Shown here one piece after another: positions 9,684 to 20,343 of a stretch of 64,000 bases of DNA. The notes below the pieces were generated by a model. The model was not told where the DNA came from. It searched no databases and saw only the letters and a list, made by a program, of their open reading frames with translations. Numbering within the stretch: position 1 is the stretch's first letter; the number at the start of each line of letters is the position of its first letter. The DNA is from Thermoplasmata archaeon (GTDB taxonomy: Archaea > Thermoplasmatota > Thermoplasmata > GCA-020350865), in contig CP070751.1 of assembly GCA_020348445.1 (NCBI GenBank), forward strand, positions 2,297,406-2,361,405. The letters run 5' to 3'. The position numbers and the translations under genes were made by a program.

Positions 9684-12404
9684 ATGGGGAAAAACAGTAG
9701 GCGAACAGTACTGACAAGTATAGTATTAATGATATTATTAACAGTGCAAATTGCGCCTTTCTGGGAACCGATATACGATGATGTTACTTTTAATTCGGCC
9801 CTAACTAAAACTACAGAAACAGAAGTCAATGACTTTGCTTTTGACAAATCGGATTTGTCAGAGCTTGAAAAAATCCCTGTTGTCCAAAATGAGTATCTGC
9901 ATTCTGCATTTGATATTCCTGAGATGGACGGCGGCTACTTCACAGAGAACCTTGGTCAATGGGAAGACCACATACACTTTCTTGCCCAGAGTTCCTTTGG
10001 TTATGTTGGACTAGGCAATGATAAAGTATTCTATTATTTAGTCCAAGAAAAAAACTGTCATGTCATCACTGTCAGCTTCCATAATGCTGATGGTACTAAT
10101 CCTGTTGGCGGAAGAGATGCTGGATTCGACAGTAACTATTTTTACGGAAATGACCAAACCAAATGGATTACAGAAGCAAGAAGTTTCAAAGAGGTCCTAT
10201 ATGAAAATGTATGGCCAGGCATCGACATCCTGTATTATTTCAAGAACAAAGATCTCAAGTATGACATCATTGTGGGTGAAAACTCTGAGCCCAAGGACAT
10301 CTCAATAACCATCGAGGGTCATACCGGCCTTAACATACAAGAGGACGAACTTGAGATATTTGTTTCGGATGGAGTATTATTAAGTGACAAGGACCTTGTA
10401 GCTTTCTACGAAGATGGTGAGACCACACCCATACAGTTCAAAAAATTCAACGACAACACATATGGTTTCACTGTAGAAAAAATTGATGGAAGGGTACTGA
10501 CAATCGATCCATTTGTACTTTCCACCTCGACATTTTTCGGAGGATCAAGTTCTGATTCGGCAAGGGATGTGGCAGTTGATGGGAGCAATAACATAATAAT
10601 CTTGGGGGATTCTTATTCAGAGGATTTCCCCAACACAACTGGAGCCTATCAGAATTACAATGCTGGAGCAGGCGATATCGTAATCACAAAGATGAATCAT
10701 AATGCCAGCGAACTGATATTCTCCACATACATCGGTGACTGGGGAGGGGACATCCCCAAGGGTATAGAAGTTGATGACAATGGTGATATTTATGTGGCAG
10801 GTACCACATGGGCATGGAATTTCCCAACGACCTTAGGTGCCTTTCAGGAATCTGACCCTTCAGGTACATATCCCGATGTTATAGTCTTCAAACTTTCTGC
10901 TCAAGGTAGTGACCTGTTGTACTCAACATATGTTGGCGGTACTCAGAGCGATGGGGCATATGACATAAAAGTCAAGGATTATAATGCCTATATCGTGGGA
11001 AATACACTTTCCTATGATTTCCCCACAGTGGGGCCTCCTGTTGGGGATCCCCACGGTACAGTTCTATTCTTCATATTGAATAATGAAGGCTCAAGACTTC
11101 TGAATTCGGCATTCTGGGGAGGACTCAACAACGAGTTTGGATATTCCATTGCCATTGATTCAAATGGCGATGTTGTCGTGGGTGGAGGCTCCAGTTCCAT
11201 GGATTTCCCAACCACATCTGGAGCATATCAAGAAACAGTAAATGACTTGAGCAATGGCTTTGTTTTAAAATATCGTCCATCAACTAATGAGACAGTATTC
11301 TCCACGTTCATTGGCGGGGATGCTGGCGAAAATGTTATTTCTGTAAATGTCGACGAAGAGAATTATATCTATTTCACAGGGACAACAGGTAATCCAGGTG
11401 AAGAGATGATACCGTATCCCACAACACCAGGTGCCTTCGACAGGACAATTAACGGAAACAGGGACGCATTCATCACAAAGATGGACCCAAATGGCACCAT
11501 GTTGATTTATTCCACTTTCATAGGAAGTGATGGTCTTGAGGAGGTCGGTAGAATTGATGTTGATTGCGAGGGGAAGGTTATACTGACGGGTTCAATTGAT
11601 TCGGATGTGAACTTTACTGTAACTCCAAATTGTTTTGATGATTCCTATAATGGAGAGGAGGATGCAATCGTAGTAATTCTGAATTCTGATGGCTCAGATC
11701 TCATATATTCCTCTTTTTTGGGAGGGAACGAGTCAGATAAGGGATTTGTGTGCTTCCTAAGAGATTCAAATGAACTCCTCGTTTTGGGCATGGCAGTCTC
11801 TTTGGACTTTCCTGTGACCTATGGAGCCTACCAGACTGAAAACAAAGGTTATGGTGACATTTTCCTAACAATCTTCAGTATCGGAAATTACACGTTCTTG
11901 CATAATGGCTGGAACCTGATCTCGATCCCCATGATTCAGCAGAACACAAATCTTGGCGTCGTATTGTCATCAATAAGTGGATATTACGATGCCATCCAGT
12001 GGTACGATGCAAGCGCCACATTGGATCCATGGAAACACCACCAGATTTCAAAACCCTTTAATCTGAACGACCTAAATGACATCGAACACAAGATGGGATT
12101 CTGGATACATATAACAAAACCCGGTGGCGTCCTTTTTGAATACCTCGGCACACACCCAACTGAGAATCAAATGATTACTCTTTATCCAGGTTGGAACATG
12201 GTGGGCTATCCATCCCTTACAAACTACAACATAACAGAGGGATTGAATAAACTCACCTTCTCAACAGATGTTGATGCAATCATTACCTATAACGCTGCTG
12301 CGCAAAGATGGGAACGGCTTGGAGAGTCTGATTACTTCCAAATCGGAAAGGGGTATTACATCCATGCAAAATCTGAATATGTTTGGGAAGTTCCCTTTGA
12401 ATAA
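9684..12404 (+). CDS. Tandem paralog: secreted SBBP-repeat beta-propeller protein with C-terminal GWNLISIP module
   Basis: Same architecture as 6858-9572. Start moved from 9642 to ATG 9684 (MGKNSRR) because upstream DNA and N-terminus match the paralog. Confidence 0.9.
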   Translation: MGKNSRRTVLTSIVLMILLTVQIAPFWEPIYDDVTFNSALTKTTETEVNDFAFDKSDLSELEKIPVVQNEYLHSAFDIPEMDGGYFTENLGQWEDHIHFLAQSSFGYVGLGNDKVFYYLVQEKNCHVITVSFHNADGTNPVGGRDAGFDSNYFYGNDQTKWITEARSFKEVLYENVWPGIDILYYFKNKDLKYDIIVGENSEPKDISITIEGHTGLNIQEDELEIFVSDGVLLSDKDLVAFYEDGETTPIQFKKFNDNTYGFTVEKIDGRVLTIDPFVLSTSTFFGGSSSDSARDVAVDGSNNIIILGDSYSEDFPNTTGAYQNYNAGAGDIVITKMNHNASELIFSTYIGDWGGDIPKGIEVDDNGDIYVAGTTWAWNFPTTLGAFQESDPSGTYPDVIVFKLSAQGSDLLYSTYVGGTQSDGAYDIKVKDYNAYIVGNTLSYDFPTVGPPVGDPHGTVLFFILNNEGSRLLNSAFWGGLNNEFGYSIAIDSNGDVVVGGGSSSMDFPTTSGAYQETVNDLSNGFVLKYRPSTNETVFSTFIGGDAGENVISVNVDEENYIYFTGTTGNPGEEMIPYPTTPGAFDRTINGNRDAFITKMDPNGTMLIYSTFIGSDGLEEVGRIDVDCEGKVILTGSIDSDVNFTVTPNCFDDSYNGEEDAIVVILNSDGSDLIYSSFLGGNESDKGFVCFLRDSNELLVLGMAVSLDFPVTYGAYQTENKGYGDIFLTIFSIGNYTFLHNGWNLISIPMIQQNTNLGVVLSSISGYYDAIQWYDASATLDPWKHHQISKPFNLNDLNDIEHKMGFWIHITKPGGVLFEYLGTHPTENQMITLYPGWNMVGYPSLTNYNITEGLNKLTFSTDVDAIITYNAAAQRWERLGESDYFQIGKGYYIHAKSEYVWEVPFE

Positions 12405-12466
12405 TAATTATTGTAGAAAAATATATTAGTAAAGGGAGCATGTAACCCAAAGGTGAGGGGCAAATT

Positions 12467-14005
12467 GTGAATTGGCAAAGACAAGTAATCAGAATTTCTT
12501 CCATACTCCTGTGTATTATACTGCTTGGAATAACCTTGGGGAGCTCATGGAACGTTCATGCACAAGAAGATTCTGTTCCCGTAGAAATAGTATCGACAGA
12601 TGATTATGATAAAACCATCGAGCCTAAAAGTACTGCCACCTATAATTGGACTCTAGTAAATAATGACATCAACAACACCTTTGGAGTAGAGATCTCCAAA
12701 TCGTTGTCAGAATTGGGCTGGACCGCAAATCTAAACCAGGATTATTTAACTTTGGAGCCAGAATCGACATGGATAGTTGTTCTGAGCGTAACTCCCCCAA
12801 AGGACATGAAGCGAGGTGAATTAAAGATCAACTTGAATTTCAATATCACAAATAAAACTGGTCGCTGGTATGTTGAACTTCCTCCTGTTTTAACTGAAGT
12901 TTACGAGGATCCCAAGGTAATGGGCCTCTTTGATAACCCTTTACCATCGCCTCTAGACAATAAGTATGGCGTATTTTTGCTCGATATAATCATTTGGACA
13001 CTCATCGTTATAATTGCCTATCTGATCTTCGAACAATTAATTCATCGTTGGACCAAGAAGACGAAGACCGAACTTGACGACATCATATTTAAAATTATAA
13101 GATCACCTGTTCTAATCCTCATGATATTATATGGAATTATAACGTCTTTGGAGGTTTTGGATCTTCCAAAAAATATTGTCGGCTACGTTGAACAGGTATA
13201 CTTTATCGTCCTCATAATCGTAGTGACTTGGGTTATTTTTAAACTGTTTAAAGACATCCTAATTTACTACGGAAAGATCTACGCTGAGAAGACTGAGAGC
13301 CAGATCGATGATATTCTAATACCAGTTATAGAAAAGGTTGGTGCCATCATCATTGTTATGGTTGCCGTGACCATCCTTTTGGCGTACACAGGTATCGATT
13401 TGACCATGCTTGCAGTGGGGAGCATAGTAATTAGCATGGTGATTGCCTTTGCACTCCAGGACACGATCTCTAATTTCTTCAGTGGAATATACATTTTGAC
13501 AGATAGACCTTTTAAGGTGGACGATCTGATACTTTTAGAATCGGGTGAAGTCTGTAAAATCGAACATATAGGAATGAGAAGCACCCGTTTGTACAACACT
13601 TTAGAACATACAATGATAATAATGCCCAACAATAAGCTGGCCAACGACAAAATAGTAAATTACACCGAGCCAGATACAAAATTCAGGATAAGTGTGCAGG
13701 TGGGAGTGGCGTATGGAACAGATCCCGATAAGATAATCAAGATTCTATTGGATATCGTAGAGAAGAATCCAAACCTTATACATGAACCAGAGCAGTACAA
13801 GCCCTCTGTGCGTTTTTCCCGGTTTGCAGATTCCAGCTTGAATTTCGAACTTGTTGTATGGATAAACGATGTAGAGGATAGATTTGACCTTACCACAAAG
13901 ATTAACAAAGAGATTGATAGGAAGTTCAAAGAAGAGAACATCGAAATTCCATTCCCTCAGAGGGTTGTATGGATGAAGGATGTGAAAAAAAGCAAACAAA
14001 AATGA
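12467..14005 (+). CDS. mscS: Small-conductance mechanosensitive channel (MscS family) with extracellular N-terminal beta-rich domain
   Basis: TM helices then 'FALQDTISNFFSGIYIL.DRPFKVDD.I', 'IGMRSTR', 'PNNKL', 'VGVAYGTD', 'FADSSLNFEL', 'IEIPFPQR'. Confidence 0.92.
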   Translation: MNWQRQVIRISSILLCIILLGITLGSSWNVHAQEDSVPVEIVSTDDYDKTIEPKSTATYNWTLVNNDINNTFGVEISKSLSELGWTANLNQDYLTLEPESTWIVVLSVTPPKDMKRGELKINLNFNITNKTGRWYVELPPVLTEVYEDPKVMGLFDNPLPSPLDNKYGVFLLDIIIWTLIVIIAYLIFEQLIHRWTKKTKTELDDIIFKIIRSPVLILMILYGIITSLEVLDLPKNIVGYVEQVYFIVLIIVVTWVIFKLFKDILIYYGKIYAEKTESQIDDILIPVIEKVGAIIIVMVAVTILLAYTGIDLTMLAVGSIVISMVIAFALQDTISNFFSGIYILTDRPFKVDDLILLESGEVCKIEHIGMRSTRLYNTLEHTMIIMPNNKLANDKIVNYTEPDTKFRISVQVGVAYGTDPDKIIKILLDIVEKNPNLIHEPEQYKPSVRFSRFADSSLNFELVVWINDVEDRFDLTTKINKEIDRKFKEENIEIPFPQRVVWMKDVKKSKQK

Positions 14006-14124
14006 TTGATATCTGATTATCATATTTTTACTTTCATTTAACTCCCCCACTCAGGTTTTTAAAGACTTTTTTCTATAAGATTTCAGGTACATCGATATTA
14101 CCTTATCTGTAAGGGGGAGTAGAA

Positions 14125-14640
14125 ATGACTTATGATGATCTAAAGGAATTCAAAGGTCGCAAGTATATGGGAATGCCCATAGGAGGAAGGCATGTATGGA
14201 ATTACCCAAACGGGGTTTGGAAAGAGGAAAAGGTTGATCCAGAAGCCTGGATTTTTGAGTTTCAATCGATAAAACAAAGGAGTAAATCTGCTCCAGAAAA
14301 TTCCGGTGTCCCAATAAACACTCAGTATCACTGGTATATCTTAGCTGATCAACGGGTCAGAAAAATCGATAAGGACACGTATGAAACTGTAATGGAGGGT
14401 GTAAAGCACAAGCTCTCCCACAAAAGACCGCATTGGCGCAAATGGAGCAGCGAATATCTGAATAACATATCGGACAGGGACAGAATAATGGCGATTTTGA
14501 AAGATATGCTCTTGCGACTTACAGTTGACCGCCGATTTGAATATGAAAATGCAGCAGAGATGTACTTGAAACCGGAAGAAGGTGATGTCAAAGACTGGGT
14601 GGGAAATAGACGTGGGGGACTAAAAAGAGATAAGTTCTGA
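14125..14640 (+). CDS. Conserved hypothetical protein
   Basis: SD GGGGAG; 'YMGMPIGGRH.W.Y..G.W.E' and 'SGVP..TQYHWYILADQ.V.K' read like a widespread uncharacterised prokaryotic family; function unknown. Confidence 0.75.
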   Translation: MTYDDLKEFKGRKYMGMPIGGRHVWNYPNGVWKEEKVDPEAWIFEFQSIKQRSKSAPENSGVPINTQYHWYILADQRVRKIDKDTYETVMEGVKHKLSHKRPHWRKWSSEYLNNISDRDRIMAILKDMLLRLTVDRRFEYENAAEMYLKPEEGDVKDWVGNRRGGLKRDKF

Positions 14641-14721
14641 TGGGTAAAGTTGAAACTCATATATCGAGGAGAAAAATAAAAAATAGAAAGAAAAAAAGAT
14701 CTGTTTTTAAACCAACGCAGG

Positions 14722-14913
14722 TTATAGTTTCTTTACATTGGTTGCTTGTGGGCCCTTTGGGCTCTGTTCGATGTCGAATTCTACAGAATCACCCTCATTC
14801 AGGATTGTTCCTTCCGAAAGGGCGTTTTTATGCACGAACACATCCTTGCCGTCTTCGATTTCAATGAAACCATAGGACTTCCGGTCGTTGTACCATTTCA
14901 CAGTTCCTTGCAT
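14722..14913 (-). CDS. cspA: Cold-shock domain protein (copy 1)
   Basis: [15 protein letters not shown]...DVFVH (RNP1/RNP2), GPQATNV. The track labels it + but ATG is the reverse complement of CAT at 14911-14913; SD GGAGGTGA upstream on the minus strand. Confidence 0.95.
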   Translation of the reverse strand: MQGTVKWYNDRKSYGFIEIEDGKDVFVHKNALSEGTILNEGDSVEFDIEQSPKGPQATNVKKL

Positions 14914-15209
14914 TTGATTTCACCTCCTCAGATACTATGTATCTGATTCTTAAATAAAGAATTTTCAATCAAAAAGTCGTGAAACCAAATTTGGTAGATC
15001 CAAAAGGTGTTAGGCTTTTTAATCTTCATCTTTATTACACTCTTGGTAGACGATAACTACTATAACTACTTTTCCATGCCATTTTACATTCTCGAATAAT
15101 GGGTATTTATCTTGTATTATGCACAGATAATGTAGTACTACTGATAAATTTCCCAAGATCGAATCTGTCAATACAAATGTTTAAGGTCTAATATGTCATA
15201 TCCATACTC

Positions 15210-15410
15210 ATGGGGCAACAAGAGGTTTATGACTTTCTAAAAGCACATCCAAATGAATGGTTCACTTCAAAAGAGATCAGCGAAGGAATAAATATCTCCA
15301 TCGGCTCCACCACAGTATGTCTTAAGAAGCTACGAGAAAACAATGAGGTACAATATAAAGCGATAGGGAAAAAGGGTGGAAAGAGAACTCAATATTCTTA
15401 TAGTTTTTAG
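15210..15410 (+). CDS. Small winged helix-turn-helix protein
   Basis: 66 aa 'FTSKEISEGINISIGSTTVCLKKLRENNEV' HTH pattern; TATA-like TTTAAG ~25-30 nt upstream (leaderless). Confidence 0.75.
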   Translation: MGQQEVYDFLKAHPNEWFTSKEISEGINISIGSTTVCLKKLRENNEVQYKAIGKKGGKRTQYSYSF

Positions 15411-15540
15411 AATTCGATTTTTTAAAGTCACAAATTTCGGACATCTTCCATATACGGAATTTTGTACGAGCTAGTTTTAGACCACGCGGTTTTTTAATAG
15501 GACCATATGATTTGCGGGAGATCACTTTGTTTTTGAGGTT

Positions 15541-15560
15541 GCGCAAATCGGTGTGTCGGT
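15541..15560 (+). repeat. Degenerate core of intergenic repeat A
   Basis: GCGCAAATCGGTGTGTCGGT versus core GCGCAAATTCGGGCGTGTCGGT. Confidence 0.4.
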
Positions 15561-15671
15561 CAACAGGTTGATAGACAAAAAAACTGTGGGGAGGAGGTTT
15601 AAAATCTCTTAATAAAAAGAGTGATTATCAATAGAAAATTTTTTATCTGTTTATTGCAATAAGTTGCTGTC

Positions 15672-16298
15672 ATGGAAGGGAAGAGATGTATGAACGAAGA
15701 TAATAGGAGATCAGGAACGAATTTACTCATAATCGGGATAACATTGTTTTTAATTGGCCTCTTTGATAACCACATATCAGATTTGATTCAGGAATTCAAT
15801 GATGATGTTCGTATTTACGGTTGGGGTTGGATCCCCCAGCTTATAGGAGGCCTTCTGGCGATATATGGATTCATGATACTTCTTGAGGAATATCTAGCAA
15901 CCAGTAAACAGCCATACCCTGGGGTACCTCAACCTACTCCTTTACCTCTTTTGTTGTTCATGGATAAAGAAATAAAAAAGGTGATATGGCTGCTTATGAT
16001 CGTAGCCTTGGTTATATACATTCTATCACCGGGTCTACAATGTCAAACCGTGGTCATTATTCTATTGGTCCTGGCGATTATATTCCTGATTTTTAGGGGA
16101 GAACAGCGCCCTTATTATCCCTATCCGCCTCCATATTATCCACCACGGCACCAAATGCCTTACAAAGTACGCTCTGCGAAACCTCCCCCATCTCCTAAAG
16201 GTGGGAGGGTTAAAATTTGTAAAAGATGCAACACATTGCTCGAGCTTGATTGGGTTGCATGCCCTATTTGCGGTGAACCCACGTTAGATAAAAGATGA
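15672..16298 (+). CDS. Membrane protein with Pro/Tyr-rich linker and C-terminal zinc ribbon
   Basis: About four hydrophobic segments, PYYPYPPPYYPP linker, CKRC...CPICG. Confidence 0.8.
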   Translation: MEGKRCMNEDNRRSGTNLLIIGITLFLIGLFDNHISDLIQEFNDDVRIYGWGWIPQLIGGLLAIYGFMILLEEYLATSKQPYPGVPQPTPLPLLLFMDKEIKKVIWLLMIVALVIYILSPGLQCQTVVIILLVLAIIFLIFRGEQRPYYPYPPPYYPPRHQMPYKVRSAKPPPSPKGGRVKICKRCNTLLELDWVACPICGEPTLDKR

Positions 16299-16329
16299 TT
16301 TTGCGTACAATTTTCGGAAGATAGTTTCT

Positions 16330-16408
16330 GGGGCGCGCAAAAGGGGGCGCGTCGGTGGAGGAATGGGAGGTTAGGGGAAACGGTAGGGGGGGTTACGAGG
16401 GTGGTTGA
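16330..16408 (+). repeat. Intergenic repeat A copy
   Basis: GGGGCGCGCAAAAGGGGGCGCGTCGGTGGAGGAATGGGAGGTTAGGGGAAACGGTAGGGGGGGTTACGAG, ~30 nt after the stop of 15672-16298. Confidence 0.9.
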
Positions 16409-16429
16409 TGTACAGTTGAGATTACGTAT

Positions 16430-16510
16430 GCAGTTCCCACCCATGAGAGGTGGTCTCAGTTTTGCGGGAGGCCTATCCGCGAAGGTGTACACCGTCTTGG
16501 AGTGAACTGC
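16430..16510 (+). ncRNA. Candidate structured RNA (multi-hairpin junction), family not recognised
   Basis: GCAGTTC (16430-36) pairs with GAACTGC (16504-10), enclosing CCACC/GGTGG and GCGG/CCGC hairpins and the palindrome GGTGTACACC; folded by eye. Confidence 0.3.
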
Positions 16511-16667
16511 TTCTTCTAATTTTCGAGGAGGGTTTGGGAGGGTGTGAATGGTATATTATACTGAAACCAAAAATATAAATATTCACAATATAATTGCGAT
16601 CTGGCTTTATAAGGGAATCGCCAAAAAGGACGTTCTCAGAGGGGCCAATATAAGGAGGGAGAGAAAA

Positions 16668-19604
16668 ATGAGAAAGGAAAAGGTAATAAGACTGTTTTTA
16701 TCTCTAATGACAGCTTTTATTTTGGTGGTAAGTGTGTTTGCAAGCGAAAATACTACATATTATAACGAGATGGATAAGTCCGATGCAGAAAGACTTGAGA
16801 TAATTCAGCCATCTCAACCACAAGTAACACCCCAGCCAGATGAAAGGTTCTTCGAGATGGAAAAGGAAACGATTTTAACACCAACGGAGCATGGTAATGA
16901 CCATGAGGATTTAAAGACTCTAGAAAACAACAAAGTAAATGAAGAATTGATCATTGAAGAAGAAACGAGGATAGAAGAGTCCTACGAATTACTTTCTGCA
17001 GCGCCACCCGGGGGCTCAAGCACTTACGATTACGTTATCATCACCACAAATGATATTGTTGATAATAGTGAAGAACTTGAGCATTTTGTCAATATGAAAG
17101 AAATTGAAGGACATTCTGTAAAAATCGTAACTGAAACAGATTTTGAAGGTCTTACAGGTCAATATCCAAATGATCGAGCCGATAAAATACGAAAGTGGTT
17201 GATCGATAATTATCAAACCATGGGTATTGAGTATGTTTTGTTTGTTGGAGATCCTGATCCTGAAGATTCCAGGGATCCAGGTGATCATGTTGGAGATGTT
17301 CCAATGAAGATGTGTTTTACACAATCCTTTACTCCTTTTAATCCGGGTATTCCAACTGATTTGTACTTTGGAGATCTGGATAGCAATTGGGATTTAGATG
17401 GTGATGGAATTTACTGCGAATTTGATTCAATTCTAAATCCGAGAAGTCCAAATGGGTCAATTCATGAGGATACCTTTTCAATTTTTTGGATTGGGGAAGT
17501 CATGTGTAATTTCAGTACCAATTATACTTTTTGGACGTATAGTGATGATGCGGTAAAGGTCATGCTTGATGGGGAGTACATCATTGATAATTGGACTCCA
17601 CACACACAAACTGTTGATGAAGCAACTCGTTTTATGAATGCTGGAAGACATGATCTGCAAATATTCTATCGTGATGATTATGGTGATGGGATTATTCGAT
17701 TGTATTGGAGAACCGAGGTTGATAAAAATGATCCTTGTTTTTTTAAAAATCAAATTATTCCTTCTTATAACCTTTATGATGAAGGTGGCATTATAGGTGG
17801 ACTTACTGGGTACTACTATGACAACCCTGATTTTACTGATCATAAAATCACTAGGAAGGACCCAGAGGTTGCATTTTTCTGGGGAAGTGGAGATAAGGGA
17901 TTAAATGATCCAGACCATCACACCGAGGTCATTGTTGGAAGAATTCCTGTTTACGATGATGATTACGGGCATCTTGAAAAAATTTTTAGAAAAATCATTG
18001 ATTACGAAACCGATCCAGGTGATATAAGCTGGCGGAAATCTCTTCTTCTTCCAATGGTGCCCATGGATTCCAAAACTCCAAGTTGGGGTCTTGGTGAAGC
18101 ATTAAAGGACAATGTTGCTATTCCAAGCGGTTTTTCCTATTACCGCATTTATGATGAGGATTACGCATCCTCCGGCGGTCCAACTCCCGAAATCTGGCCT
18201 TGTTACTATGATAACACCTACAACGAGTGGAAAAAGGGTTATGGTATGGTTACCTGGCATACCCATGGAAATGAAATAAAAGGTACAAGAGTAATGCATC
18301 TTGATAATATATCACATCTTGATGATTCAAAACCATCATTTACATTTCAAGCATCCTGTCTTAATTCATGTCCAGAGCGAAAAGACAATCTAGCATATTC
18401 ATTGCTCAAACATGGAGGGATTGCAACAGTTTCATCCACAAGAGTATCCACATATACGGGAGGTCATTATACATCATTTTATCCACAGCACGTTATAAAC
18501 CATGATATGGCATATTTCTACACAGGGTATGTCATTTATTATGGAATAAACGCGGGGTCTGCACTAAAAGTTGTTAAGAGTGCACATGATCCAATTGGAG
18601 CGAATACCCTAAGATATGTTCTCTATGGAGACCCAGATTGCTATCTTCTGATTACTAATCCCAATGAACCTCCTGTTGTGGACATAAATGGCCCATATAC
18701 TGGATACGAGGGAAGTTCAATAACATTCGATGCCAGTGGGTCTTATGATCCCGAGGGCGATATCTTAGATTATAGATGGGATTTTGATGACGATGGAATT
18801 TGGGATACAGAATGGTCAGCAAGTCCCACTGTTAATTATACTTGGGGTGATGATTACACAGGAGATGTAAAAGTCGAAGTTCGTGATCAACTTGGGAAAA
18901 CAGGTAATGATACCACTACAGTTAATGTTTATAATTTGGCTCCAGCAATCGAGGATGTTAAAGCCTATATTCTTGTGGACTTCACCCTACGAGCAGCCGG
19001 CGAGAAATATCACAATGTAGAGATGCTCATTTTAGAGGATGGCTCCCAAATCGGATACGCGGAAGTTGTCAGGTATCCTGGAAGCCCGGATGATCAGAGC
19101 AAAACTTTGGTGGATGTGAAATGTAATGTTACCAAGGTCATCTCGGTTAAGGTCTTGTATACTCCCTTAAACGACAAAGTAAACGGTCAGCCCAACGGCG
19201 CCACCCCATGCTGGGTGAACGTCTCTTTTGAAGATGGAGGTTATAATCGCTCTCATCATACCTTCAACGTCAAGCATCCCAATACATGGGAGTGGATAAT
19301 TGGTGTGAATAAATTCTTTTTAAATCATGAGATGACCTTTGAGGCCGATGCCTCTGATGTGGGAAGCGATGATTTGACATTCACCTGGGACTGGGACGAT
19401 GGAACATCTGATACAGTAACCACTTATTACAACGACGTAGCAAATCCAGATCCCTTTCCAAGCCCCGAAGGAACCTATCCCTTCTTGGCAATGGATGTGG
19501 CAAAACATACTTTCACTGTAAGCGGAAGCTACAATGTCGTGCTAACGGTATCGGATGATGATGGTGGTGCATCAGGTGTTGTTTTAACCATTTCCCTGAT
19601 TTAG
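16668..19604 (+). CDS. Secreted C25 (gingipain-like) cysteine peptidase with inserted permuted PA14 domain and C-terminal PKD domains
   Basis: Start moved to ATG 16668 (SD AGGAGG). 'YDYVIITT', 'IRKWL', 'VGRIPV', catalytic His 'WHTHGN' and Cys 'QASCLN'; PKD 'FDASGSYDPEGD.L.Y.WDFD.DG'. Confidence 0.88.
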   Translation: MRKEKVIRLFLSLMTAFILVVSVFASENTTYYNEMDKSDAERLEIIQPSQPQVTPQPDERFFEMEKETILTPTEHGNDHEDLKTLENNKVNEELIIEEETRIEESYELLSAAPPGGSSTYDYVIITTNDIVDNSEELEHFVNMKEIEGHSVKIVTETDFEGLTGQYPNDRADKIRKWLIDNYQTMGIEYVLFVGDPDPEDSRDPGDHVGDVPMKMCFTQSFTPFNPGIPTDLYFGDLDSNWDLDGDGIYCEFDSILNPRSPNGSIHEDTFSIFWIGEVMCNFSTNYTFWTYSDDAVKVMLDGEYIIDNWTPHTQTVDEATRFMNAGRHDLQIFYRDDYGDGIIRLYWRTEVDKNDPCFFKNQIIPSYNLYDEGGIIGGLTGYYYDNPDFTDHKITRKDPEVAFFWGSGDKGLNDPDHHTEVIVGRIPVYDDDYGHLEKIFRKIIDYETDPGDISWRKSLLLPMVPMDSKTPSWGLGEALKDNVAIPSGFSYYRIYDEDYASSGGPTPEIWPCYYDNTYNEWKKGYGMVTWHTHGNEIKGTRVMHLDNISHLDDSKPSFTFQASCLNSCPERKDNLAYSLLKHGGIATVSSTRVSTYTGGHYTSFYPQHVINHDMAYFYTGYVIYYGINAGSALKVVKSAHDPIGANTLRYVLYGDPDCYLLITNPNEPPVVDINGPYTGYEGSSITFDASGSYDPEGDILDYRWDFDDDGIWDTEWSASPTVNYTWGDDYTGDVKVEVRDQLGKTGNDTTTVNVYNLAPAIEDVKAYILVDFTLRAAGEKYHNVEMLILEDGSQIGYAEVVRYPGSPDDQSKTLVDVKCNVTKVISVKVLYTPLNDKVNGQPNGATPCWVNVSFEDGGYNRSHHTFNVKHPNTWEWIIGVNKFFLNHEMTFEADASDVGSDDLTFTWDWDDGTSDTVTTYYNDVANPDPFPSPEGTYPFLAMDVAKHTFTVSGSYNVVLTVSDDDGGASGVVLTISLI

Positions 19605-19773
19605 TAATAATAATCGCCTTTTGATGGGTGGGCACACAAGAAGGTGCAGAAGGGAGATATAATATCTCCAAAAAAAGGGAAAAACACATGCACCACTTCT
19701 TTCGAACACAAAGCATCGGATACATAAAATATAGCTTTTGCCTTTCCTTTAGCAAGAATACAGGTGGAGAACC

Positions 19774-20343
19774 TTGACCAAAAACCACTACCAGATACTG
19801 GGTGTTTCTCGCAGTGCAACACACAAAGAGATCAAATCTGCTTACCGCGCCCTTGCCATAAGATATCATCCAGACGTGACACGCTTGGACAAGGAAAAGG
19901 CCGAGGAATGGTTCAAGCAGATCTCTGAAGCCTACTGGATTCTCAAGGATCCGTATAGGCGCAAGAAATACAACCTTACCCTACCTGCTCCCGCGAAAAA
20001 AACAAAAGTGATTTACGAGAAGCCGCCACCTTGGGAGCTTCAAAAAGAAGAAGATTGGATATGGGACGAGCGCCAGCTACGATACCGCAAGAAACAGACC
20101 AGTGATAATGGCATGTATGTGGCTCGTTCACCCTTCAGTTTTCTAAAAAATGGAAGGATTTATCGCCCCAAGACCCGTTTTGACAGGCTCAAGGAGGACT
20201 TTCAGAAAGATATGCAATCTTTCAGATTTTGGCTGATTAGGAGGGCACGAATTACGCGCTTGAGGTATCGACTGCTTCTTGACTGGCTCAATAAAAGACG
20301 CCTTTACAGCCGGCATTTCAAACACCAAAAAAACAAATCTTAG
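19774..20343 (+). CDS. J-domain-containing protein (not full DnaJ)
   Basis: 'HYQILGVSRSAT..EIKSAYRALA..YHPD...FKQISEAY.IL.DP' with HPD motif; no G/F-rich or zinc-finger regions. Confidence 0.85.
   Translation: MTKNHYQILGVSRSATHKEIKSAYRALAIRYHPDVTRLDKEKAEEWFKQISEAYWILKDPYRRKKYNLTLPAPAKKTKVIYEKPPPWELQKEEDWIWDERQLRYRKKQTSDNGMYVARSPFSFLKNGRIYRPKTRFDRLKEDFQKDMQSFRFWLIRRARITRLRYRLLLDWLNKRRLYSRHFKHQKNKS

Noticed and set aside
14722-14913. ORF-track + strand label for csp copy 1 (and for 34725-36047)
   Set aside because: The translations match the reverse complement; both genes are on the minus strand.
19620-19660. GGGTGGGCACACAAGAAGGTGCAG as another repeat A copy
   Set aside because: The position after a stop codon fits, but similarity is too weak to support.
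19774-20343. Calling this gene dnaJ
   Set aside because: Only the J-domain is present; no G/F-rich, zinc-finger or substrate-binding domains and no adjacent dnaK/grpE.
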